Assembly (NCBI GenBank): GCA_011389995.1
Contig: JAABTG010000009.1
Coordinates: forward strand, 13,482 to 77,481
Origin: Thiotrichales bacterium
GTDB taxonomy: Bacteria > Pseudomonadota > Gammaproteobacteria > JAABTG01
Reading direction: 5' to 3'
DNA: 64,000 bases
The notes under the pieces were generated by a model. It was given only the letters and a program-made list of their open reading frames with translations. It had not been told where the DNA came from and did not search any database. Each line of letters starts with the position of its first letter. Positions within the stretch are counted from its first letter, which is position 1. This document shows positions 57,007-64,000 of the stretch, in pieces. Made by a program: the position numbers and the translations under genes.

Positions 57007-57910
57007 CATGAAAGACACCCCTCCCCGTTACGTGCCGGAAATGAGCGACGCCGGCCTGCGCCCCTCCCACGAGGTGGTGGCCATCGACGAATACGGTACG
57101 TCCCGGGCCGGCTTCGTGGCCGGTGAGCGTGCCCTCGCCCTGGTGCTGGACGACCGCGAGGTGGTCACCCTCATGACCCTCGGCAGCCACCCGGAGCTCC
57201 TGACCCTGGGTTACCTCCTCAACCAGCGCCTGGTGCCCTGTCTCGAATCCGTCGATGCCATCACCGTCGACTGGGACAAGGCCATCGTGAAGGTGGACAC
57301 CTTCGAACGCATCAGCGACCTCGAGGAGAAGATGAAGCACCGCACCGTCACCAGCGGTTGCGGCCAGGGCACGGTGTTCGGACGCATGGCGGAACAGATA
57401 GAGAACATCCGCCTGACCCCGCGCACCGTCGCCCAGTCGGAGATCTACGCCCTCCTGGAACACCTGACGGATTACAACGAGGTCTACAAGCAGGCCGGCG
57501 CGGTGCATGGCTGCGCGCTGTGTGAGGTCCATCCCCGGGAGGGCCCGCGCATCCACCTGTTCGTGGAGGACGTGGGGCGCCACAACGCAGCAGACGCCAT
57601 CAGCGGCTACATGTGGCTGAACGGCGTGGACGGCGGCGACAAGTGCTTCTATACCACCGGGCGTCTCACCTCCGAGATGGTCATCAAGGTGGCCCAGATG
57701 GGCATCTCGGTGCTGCTGTCCCGCTCCGGCGTCACCTTCAAGGGCCTCGAACTCGCCCGCACCATCGGCGTCACCATGATCGCCCGCGCCAAGGGACGGC
57801 ATTTTCTCGTCTACAACGGCGCCGAGCACATCGTCTTCGACGCCATCCCGCCGGCGCGTCCGGCGGGCGCCGGCGGTACGCGGCGCCGGAGCACGGCCGA
57901 CGTGGGCTGA
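57007..57910 (+). CDS. fdhD: Formate dehydrogenase accessory sulfurtransferase FdhD
   Basis: Start MKDTPPRYVPEM. Contains SGCGQGTVFG and HNAADAISGYMWLNG motifs of FdhD. The track ORF is extended to 56945. Confidence 0.85.
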
Positions 57911-57915
57911 ACACC

Positions 57916-58833
57916 ATGAGCGCCGTCATGACCACCGACACGCCCGCCGTCTTCATGAACGTCAAGCAGGTGGCCAGTTATCTCCACCTCAACGAAAAGA
58001 AGATCTACGCCATGGCCAGCGAGGGGCGGATCCCGGCCACCAAGATCACCGGCAAATGGATGTTCCCCCGGGAACTCATCGACCGCTGGATACTGGACTC
58101 GGCCCACGGCGGCCTGCTGGTGGACCGCCTGGCCATCGCCGGCAGCGATGACCCCCTCCTCTACCGGGTGGTGACGGGCTTCACCCGCGACCTCAAGGCC
58201 CACGCCCAGATCAGCTACACCCCCACGGGCACGCGCCTCGGCCTGGACCTGCTGCAGTCCCAGCGCATCGACGTGGGCGGGCTGCACTGGGGGCCCGGCA
58301 CCGAGAGCCATACCCGCCATCCCGCCCTGCTGCGCCAGTATTCCCAGCACCGCAACTGGGTGCTGATCCGCGCCTTCTCCCGGGAGCAGGGGCTGATGGC
58401 CCGGGCCTCGGTGCTCAGCCGCACCAGGGACCCCGCGGAACTCGCCGCATCCCGCTTTCGCTGGGTGCAGCGCCAGTCCGGTTCCGGCGCCCAGCGTTTC
58501 CTCATGGAGATGTACAACCAGCCCGGGGCCTGGCCCCACAGCCTCAACGTCACCACCACCGCCCTGTCGGAGCGCGAGGCGGCCACCGCCATCGTCATGG
58601 ATCAGGCGGACGTCGCCCCCGGCTCGCGGGCCGCCGCCAACGAGGCCGGCCTCGGCTTCGTCTCCTTCGGCTGGGAATCCTTCGACTTCGCCCTGCCCCG
58701 CAACATCTGGTTCCGGCGCCTGTTCCAGGAGCTGCTGTCGCGTCTCAACTGCGGCGAGGGCCGCCGCCTGGCGGACACCCTCGGGGGCTACGAGATGAAG
58801 GGCACGGGGGAACTGGTGTGGGCCCACGAATAG
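57916..58833 (+). CDS. Excisionase/MerR-type HTH DNA-binding protein fused to a periplasmic-binding-protein-like (molybdate/tungstate-type) domain
   Basis: N-terminus VKQVASYLHLNEKKIYAMASEGRIPATKITGKWMF (HTH_17-like). The ~250-aa C-terminal domain has PBP-fold-like alternating pattern. Located between fdhD and mobAB. Confidence 0.55.
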   Translation: MSAVMTTDTPAVFMNVKQVASYLHLNEKKIYAMASEGRIPATKITGKWMFPRELIDRWILDSAHGGLLVDRLAIAGSDDPLLYRVVTGFTRDLKAHAQISYTPTGTRLGLDLLQSQRIDVGGLHWGPGTESHTRHPALLRQYSQHRNWVLIRAFSREQGLMARASVLSRTRDPAELAASRFRWVQRQSGSGAQRFLMEMYNQPGAWPHSLNVTTTALSEREAATAIVMDQADVAPGSRAAANEAGLGFVSFGWESFDFALPRNIWFRRLFQELLSRLNCGEGRRLADTLGGYEMKGTGELVWAHE

Positions 58834-58962
58834 AACCGCCGCGCCAGCCACCCCAGCCATGCCGGGTTTCGCGTCCCTCAACCCGGCCTGCGGAGCTTTC
58901 AACGCGTCCTGCGGCCCAGGGATGGGCCGCCATTCTCGGACCCGCCAGGGTTCGAGAATGAC

Positions 58963-58993
58963 GCCCAGGGAAAATCGCATTTTCCCTGGGCGT
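58963..58993. promoter_or_regulatory. Perfect palindrome CGCCCAGGGAAAAT-CGC-ATTTTCCCTGGGCG, related to the 56386/56546 hairpin
   Basis: Shares the core GGGAAAAnCGCnTTTTCCC with the hairpin in the tandem repeat upstream of fdhD. Confidence 0.5.
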
Positions 58994-59034
58994 GCGCTGA
59001 GAAAGCCAGGATGGCTTTATTCAGCGCTTTTATT
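58994..59034 (+). terminator. Rho-independent terminator (hairpin plus TTTTATT) shared by convergent fdhD-HTH and sigma54-activator transcripts
   Basis: gcgctgagaaagccaggatggctttattcagcgc followed by ttttatt. The T-run overlaps the stop codon of the minus-strand regulator gene. Confidence 0.65.
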
Positions 59035-60493
59035 ATGAACTCCCCCAGGCCTGACACTTGCGCTCCAGGGTCTTGCGGGATATCCCGAGCCGCCGTGCCG
59101 CCGCGGACTTGTTGCCGTCCTCCATGGCCAGCACCCTGAGGATGTGGCGGCGCTCCACGCTCTCGAGGGACAGGTCGTCCTCCTGGCCCGCCACCGCCTC
59201 CTCCGGGGTGCCCCGATATCCGGACAGGCACTGGGACGGCCGGCTGTTGAGCAACAGGGCGCGTTCGATGACGTTGCGCAATTCCCGGATGTTGCCCGGC
59301 CACTCGTAACGGGCCAGCCGATCCAGCTCGGCGTCGCCGATGGCCGGGGCCTCCACCCCCAGTTCGGTGGCCAACAGGCCGCAGAAGTAATGCACCAGTT
59401 CGGGCAGGTCCGCCGCCCGCTCCCGCAGGGCCGGCATACGAATGCTGAGGACGTTGAGGCGGTAGTACAGGTCCTCGCGGAACCTGCCCTCGGCCACCTC
59501 CTGTTGGAGTTGACGGTTGGTGGCGGCCACCAGACGCACGTCCACGGTGACCTGGGAATTGCCTCCCATGGGCCGCACCGCCCGTTCCTCCATCACCCGC
59601 AGCAGATGGGTCTGCATGGTCAGCGGCATCTCGCCGATCTCATCCAGGAACAGGGTGCCGCCGTCGGCGTAGGAGAACAGGCCTTCCCGCGCCTGACTCG
59701 CCCCCGTGAAGGCCCCTTTGACGTGGCCGAACAACTCGCTTTCCAGCAACTCGCCGTTCATGGAACCGCAGTTCACCGGCACGAAGGCCCCGTTTCGGCC
59801 GCTCCAACGGTGCAGGGCCCGGGCCGCCAACTCCTTTCCGGTGCCGGACTCGCCCTCGATGAGCACCGTGGAGGGCCTGGGGGCCACCCGCTTGATGACG
59901 TCACATATGCCCTTGATGGCCTCGCAGGAACCCACCATGCCACTGCTGTCATAGAGGTGATCCACCTGGCGATGGAGGGCATAGTTCTCCTGCTCCATGC
60001 GCCGACGCTCCAGGGTGCGCGTCAGGGCCTCTTCCATCTGCTCCATGGTGAAGGGCTTGAGGATCAGGTCCGAGCCCCCGGAGCGCAGGGCCTCGATGGC
60101 GGTCTTCACGTCGGCGTCGGCGGCCATGAAGATCACCGGCGTGCCGCAATCGCGGGCCCGCAGATCAAAGACCCAGTCCACCCCGGAACGGTCCGGCAGA
60201 CCCACCGCGACGATGATGAGATCGAAATGGCAGCGGGCCAGCAGTTCGTCGGCGGTGCTGCTGTTCTCCACTACTTCCACGAGGCTGAAGCGGGGGAGGA
60301 GCCCTTTGCGCAGCAGGTTGATGGTGGCCGTGTCGCCGTCCACCACGAGGACCGAGCTGAGACGTGCGTTGGGGGTCGTGGAGGCCTGGGGGCTCGCCGC
60401 GTCAGTCACCGCGGCCGCCTCGACCCGCCGGGTATGAACCCTGGAATCGCGTCGAACATGCTCTCTCCTTGGCTGGGGACAGAAGAAACCCAA
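59033..60493 (-). CDS. Sigma54-dependent two-component response regulator (NtrC family: receiver + AAA+ sigma54-activation + Fis HTH)
   Basis: Receiver domain (VLVVDGD ... [14 protein letters not shown]). AAA+ domain with Walker A GESGTGKE, the GAFTGA motif ([11 protein letters not shown]) and ELFGH. C-terminal HTH ([20 protein letters not shown]). The N-terminus is uncertain: the track start is a TTG and there is no early ATG. Confidence 0.85.
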   Translation of the reverse strand: MGFFCPQPRREHVRRDSRVHTRRVEAAAVTDAASPQASTTPNARLSSVLVVDGDTATINLLRKGLLPRFSLVEVVENSSTADELLARCHFDLIIVAVGLPDRSGVDWVFDLRARDCGTPVIFMAADADVKTAIEALRSGGSDLILKPFTMEQMEEALTRTLERRRMEQENYALHRQVDHLYDSSGMVGSCEAIKGICDVIKRVAPRPSTVLIEGESGTGKELAARALHRWSGRNGAFVPVNCGSMNGELLESELFGHVKGAFTGASQAREGLFSYADGGTLFLDEIGEMPLTMQTHLLRVMEERAVRPMGGNSQVTVDVRLVAATNRQLQQEVAEGRFREDLYYRLNVLSIRMPALRERAADLPELVHYFCGLLATELGVEAPAIGDAELDRLARYEWPGNIRELRNVIERALLLNSRPSQCLSGYRGTPEEAVAGQEDDLSLESVERRHILRVLAMEDGNKSAAARRLGISRKTLERKCQAWGSS

Positions 60494-60537
60494 AGGGGCC
60501 GGGATGCCCAGGGTTACTCCTCAGGACAGGTGAAAAT

Positions 60538-60552
60538 AGGACATTCTGTCCT
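60538..60552. promoter_or_regulatory. Palindromic putative enhancer-binding site AGGACA-TTC-TGTCCT
   Basis: A perfect 6-bp inverted repeat with a 3-bp spacer, plus an adjacent half-site (caggacagg). It lies ~175 bp upstream of the sigma54 promoter, in the divergent regulator/mobA intergenic region. Confidence 0.4.
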
Positions 60553-60718
60553 GCGCATTCAACCCGAATTGGTCAATTTGCCCCACATCGTCGGCGGCCT
60601 GACGGATCCGGTTCCCTCGCTCGGGTGGAGCACCGGGGTCCATGCGGGACACCGGCGCCGGACGATCCACCGTCCCGGCATCCGCCCCACGCCCGTGGCC
60701 GCGCCAAAGGAGCGCCCA

Positions 60719-60735
60719 TGGCACCGGTATTGCTT
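60719..60735 (+). promoter_or_regulatory. Sigma54 (-24/-12) promoter for mobA-mobB-moeA
   Basis: TGGCACcggtaTTGCTt matches TGGCAC-N5-TTGCW exactly. It lies 180 bp upstream of the mobA ATG on the coding strand. Confidence 0.65.
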
Positions 60736-60915
60736 ATGCAACAATCTCTTTAGAACGTGCTCCCATCCCGTGACGCCTGGAACCATGCCCCTTACCGCCC
60801 TGTCCCTCCACCTCCGCCCCCGCCTCACGGCCCCGCCATGGCCTCCCGCGGCCACCGGCGCCGGGGGTTTGAACCCCGTCACCGTGTCTCCCGCTGGCCA
60901 CAAGGTGTCCGGGGC

Positions 60916-61548
60916 ATGACCCGCGGGCGGACCAACGGTATCACCGCCCTGGTGCTCGCAGGGGGGCGCGGCCGGCGCATGGGCGGCAGGGACAAGGGCC
61001 TGGTGGAACTCCGGGGACGCCCCCTGGTGGCCCATGTCCTGGACGCCATCGCCCCCCAGGTGGAGGCGGTGCTCATCAACGCCAACCGCAACGGCGACCG
61101 CTACGCCGCCTTCGGCTGGCCCGTGGTATCGGATGCCCTGACGGACTACCAGGGCCCCCTGGCGGGCTTCGCCGTGGGCATGGCGGCGAGCACCACCCCC
61201 CTGCTTCTCACCCTGCCCTGCGACGGCCCCATGGTGGCGCCCCATCTGGCCGAGCGCCTGGCCGGCGCCCTCGAAGGGGCCGGGGCGGATATCGCCGTGG
61301 CCCATGACGGCAACCGTATGCAGCCCGTTTACGCCCTCCTGCGCTGCACCCTGCTGCCGAGCCTGGAGGCCTTCCTGGCCGCCGGCGACCGCAAGATCGA
61401 CCTGTGGTACGAAGGGCACCATACCGTCAACGTGGATTTCTCCGATTTCCCGGAGCAGTTCACCAACGTCAACACCCCGGAAGAGCGGGCCCGCCTCGAA
61501 GGTGAGGCAACAGGCGACGCCCAGGTGGCCCAGCATGGCGCAGATTGA
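60916..61548 (+). CDS. mobA: Molybdenum cofactor guanylyltransferase MobA
   Basis: Start MTRGRTNGITALVLAGGRGRRMGG ... DKGL (LAGGxxxRMG motif). The track ORF is extended upstream to 60757. Confidence 0.85.
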   Translation: MTRGRTNGITALVLAGGRGRRMGGRDKGLVELRGRPLVAHVLDAIAPQVEAVLINANRNGDRYAAFGWPVVSDALTDYQGPLAGFAVGMAASTTPLLLTLPCDGPMVAPHLAERLAGALEGAGADIAVAHDGNRMQPVYALLRCTLLPSLEAFLAAGDRKIDLWYEGHHTVNVDFSDFPEQFTNVNTPEERARLEGEATGDAQVAQHGAD

Positions 61549-62098
61549 GTATCCGGTCCCCCTCATGGGCTTCGCGGCCTTCAGCGGCACGGGCAAGACC
61601 ACGCTGCTGGCCCGCCTGTTGCCGGCCCTCACGGCCCAGGGCCTGCGCATAGCCGTGGTCAAGCACGCCCATCACAGCTTCGACATTGACCATCCGGGCA
61701 AGGACAGCCACACCCTGCGTCAGGCGGGGGCCGAGCGCATCCTGGTGGCCTCCCGCCATCGCATGGCCCTCATCGTCGAGCAGGCCGAGCGGCGGGACGA
61801 CGTCTACCTGGCCGATGCCCTGGCCATGCTGGACCCCGCGGGACTGGACCTGGTGGTGGTGGAGGGCTTCAAGCATGAGTCCTTCCCCAAGATAGAGCTG
61901 CATCGCCCCGCCCTGGGCAAGCCCCTGCTCCACCCCGACGACCCCACCATCGTGGCCATCGCCACCGACGGCGAAGGGCCCGGCAGCGGCTACGGCATCC
62001 CCCACCTGCCCCTCAACGGGCCCGCGGACATCGCCGCCTTCGTCATCACCCACCTCGGCCTGACACCGCGCCCCTCACCGACGCCCCCCAGGGCCTGA
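61535..62098 (+). CDS. mobB: Molybdopterin-guanine dinucleotide biosynthesis adapter MobB
   Basis: Start MAQIEYPVPLMGFAAFSGTGKTTLL (P-loop). MobB family. Overlaps the mobA end. Confidence 0.8.
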   Translation: MAQIEYPVPLMGFAAFSGTGKTTLLARLLPALTAQGLRIAVVKHAHHSFDIDHPGKDSHTLRQAGAERILVASRHRMALIVEQAERRDDVYLADALAMLDPAGLDLVVVEGFKHESFPKIELHRPALGKPLLHPDDPTIVAIATDGEGPGSGYGIPHLPLNGPADIAAFVITHLGLTPRPSPTPPRA

Positions 62099-62102
62099 AG
62101 CC

Positions 62103-63380
62103 ATGTCGCCTTCCGATGCCATCCGCAATGCCACCCCGTCCTGTGCCGACGACTCGGATCCCGGGGCCCTCGCCATCGACGAGGCCCGCCGGCGCATCGC
62201 CGCCCTCGCCGTCCCCGTCGCCGGTGGCGTGCGGGTGGCCCTGCGCAGCGCCCTGGGGCGCGTGCTGGATGCCGATGTGGTGTCGCCCCGCGATGTCCCC
62301 AACCACACCAACTCCGCGGTGGACGGGTATGCCCTGGCGGGCTCGGACCTGCCGCCGTCGGGCACCCGGGAGCTCACCGTGGCGGGCGCGGCCCTGGCGG
62401 GTACGCCCTTCGCCGGGCGATGGCAGGCCGGCGCCTGCGTGCGCATCATGACCGGCGCGGCCATGCCCGCCGGCACGGACACGGTGGTGATGCAGGAGCA
62501 CGTCGACGCGGCGGGGGAAGGGCGCATCCGCATCGACGATCGCCACCGGCCCGGCCAGAACGTGCGCCAGGCCGGCGAGGACATCGCCGCCCACAGCGTG
62601 GTGCTGCCCGCCGGGCGCCGCCTGACGCCGGCGGACATGGGGGTCATGGCCTCCCTGGGCCTCGGCGAGGTCACGGTGCATCGCCCGGTGCGGGTGGCCT
62701 TCTTCTCCACCGGCGACGAGCTGCGCGCCGTGGGGGATCCCCTGGGGCCCGGGGATGTCTACGACAGCAATCGCTACACCCTGTTCGGCATGCTCGAACG
62801 GCTGGGGGTGGAGGTCCTGGACCTCGGCGTGGTGCGGGACTCCGCCGCGGAGCTGGCCCGGGCCTTCAGCCGGACCTCCGCCATGGCCGACGTGGTGATC
62901 ACCTCGGGTGGGGTGTCCGTGGGCGAGGCGGACCACATCGGCGCCGTGCTGGGGGACCGGGGCCGGGTGGAATTCCGCAAGCTGGCCATGAAACCCGGCC
63001 GGCCCTTCACCTTCGGCCGGCTCGGGGACGCCCTGTTCTTCGGCCTGCCCGGCAACCCGGTGGCGGTGATGGTCACCTTCTACCTGCTGGTGCAACCCAC
63101 CCTCGGCCAACTGGCCGGCGCCGGCTGGCAGGAGCCCCTCACCCTGCGGGCCACCAGCACCGGCCGTATCCGCAAACGCCCGGGGCGCTTCGAATGCGCC
63201 CGCGGCATCCTCGACCACGCCGCCGCCGGCGGCCCGACGGTTGCGGTGACGGGCAGCCAGGGCTCCGGCATGCTCACCTCCATGAGCCGCGCCGACTGCT
63301 TCATCCTGCTCCCCGAATCCCAGGGCACGGTGGAGGCGGGGGAGACGGTCACCGTGGCACCCTTCGCCGCCTTCGTCTGA
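62103..63380 (+). CDS. moeA: Molybdopterin molybdotransferase MoeA
   Basis: 425 aa; MoeA N- and C-domains. The MoCF-biosynthesis domain is present (VVITSGGVSVGEADH). Confidence 0.85.
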   Translation: MSPSDAIRNATPSCADDSDPGALAIDEARRRIAALAVPVAGGVRVALRSALGRVLDADVVSPRDVPNHTNSAVDGYALAGSDLPPSGTRELTVAGAALAGTPFAGRWQAGACVRIMTGAAMPAGTDTVVMQEHVDAAGEGRIRIDDRHRPGQNVRQAGEDIAAHSVVLPAGRRLTPADMGVMASLGLGEVTVHRPVRVAFFSTGDELRAVGDPLGPGDVYDSNRYTLFGMLERLGVEVLDLGVVRDSAAELARAFSRTSAMADVVITSGGVSVGEADHIGAVLGDRGRVEFRKLAMKPGRPFTFGRLGDALFFGLPGNPVAVMVTFYLLVQPTLGQLAGAGWQEPLTLRATSTGRIRKRPGRFECARGILDHAAAGGPTVAVTGSQGSGMLTSMSRADCFILLPESQGTVEAGETVTVAPFAAFV

Positions 63381-63472
63381 CGCCCCCGTCCCTTTCGCCA
63401 CGGCCCCCCGTGCCGTAGGCAAGGCGCGGGCGCGGTGTGTATAGTAGTTCGTTTTTCCCCACCCACAGTGCC

Positions 63473-63946
63473 ATGGCCACCAAGAAAAAAGCCGCTCCCT
63501 CCAACCTCATCGCCGCCAACAAGAAGGCGGGCCACGACTACAGCTTCACCGACAAGCTGGAGGCGGGGCTGGTGCTGGAAGGCTGGGAGGTGAAGAGCCT
63601 GCGGGCCGGGCGGGCCCAGCTGCGGGACAGCTATGTGCTGGTGAAGGACGGCGAGGCCTGGCTGCTGGGGGCCCACATCACGCCCCTGCCCACCGCTTCC
63701 ACCCACATCAAGCCGGAGCCCGACCGCACCCGCAAGCTGCTGCTCCACCGCAGCCAGCTGGACACCCTCATCGGCGCCGTGGAGCGCAAGGGCTTCACGG
63801 TGGTGCCCACCCGCATGTACTGGAAGAAGGGCCGCGCCAAGGTGGAAGTCGCCCTGGCCAAGGGCAAGAAGCTCCACGACAAGCGGGCCACCGAGAAGGA
63901 GCGGGACTGGCAGCGGGACAAGCAGCGCATCCTCAAGAACAACTGA
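63473..63946 (+). CDS. smpB: SsrA-binding protein SmpB
   Basis: Start [25 protein letters not shown] ... GWEVKSL. Collinear with E. coli SmpB. The track ORF is extended to 63437. Confidence 0.9.
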   Translation: MATKKKAAPSNLIAANKKAGHDYSFTDKLEAGLVLEGWEVKSLRAGRAQLRDSYVLVKDGEAWLLGAHITPLPTASTHIKPEPDRTRKLLLHRSQLDTLIGAVERKGFTVVPTRMYWKKGRAKVEVALAKGKKLHDKRATEKERDWQRDKQRILKNN

Positions 63947-64000
63947 CACGCCGGGCCCCTCGGGGCACCGCCGTCAGAACCCCTCGTCCACCACCAGCCG

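Noticed and set aside
63947-64000. tmRNA (ssrA) downstream of smpB
   Set aside because: Only 54 bp remain after smpB. No tmRNA 5' acceptor or tRNA-like sequence is recognisable. If present, it lies beyond the window.

Overview
This is a 64-kb chromosomal window from a high-GC (~65%) gammaproteobacterium. Gene content and synteny look like Ectothiorhodospiraceae/Thioalkalivibrio, which is my inference and not verified. Coordinates are taken from the ORF track; my own base counting disagreed by 1-2 nt in a few places, so boundaries are +/-3 nt. Gene content, in order:
- a partial Tat-exported PsrA/PhsA-like molybdopterin oxidoreductase plus a periplasmic multi-rhodanese protein (sulfur respiration module)
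- a secreted protein with two tandem YgiW/BOF-like OB folds
- the complete complex I operon nuoA-N on the minus strand
- tRNA-Leu(GAG), secG, tpiA, a membrane thioredoxin, glmM, ftsH, rlmE/yhbY, greA, carAB, a Rieske protein, a CorC/CNNM transporter, dapB
- the heat-shock cluster dnaJ-dnaK-grpE-hrcA
- nadK, recN, ridA, fur, bamE, ratB/ratA
- an NSS transporter
- a partial type II secretion cluster gspH-I-J-K-L-M-C(N)-D, with no gspEFG
- a Hanks-type Ser/Thr kinase fused to HDOD and GAF domains
- fdhD, an excisionase-type HTH + PBP-fold regulator, a sigma54-dependent response regulator, mobA-mobB-moeA, and smpB.
The unusual content is small and non-coding. The nuo operon carries two invasions. 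One is a four-helix-bundle (23S-rRNA-IVS / DGR-Avd family) gene between nuoM and nuoN, flanked by inverted (GGGAATA)4 arrays that would form a ~27-bp RNA duplex. The other is a 165-bp element with 23-bp terminal inverted repeats between nuoB and nuoC. Heptanucleotide tandem arrays recur at six further intergenic sites. A 122-bp multi-hairpin repeat abuts the stop codons of ftsH and fur. A tandem ~160-bp hairpin repeat sits upstream of fdhD. A perfect sigma54 promoter with a palindromic upstream site drives mobAB-moeA next to a divergent NtrC-type activator. No CRISPR array, rRNA or prophage is present.
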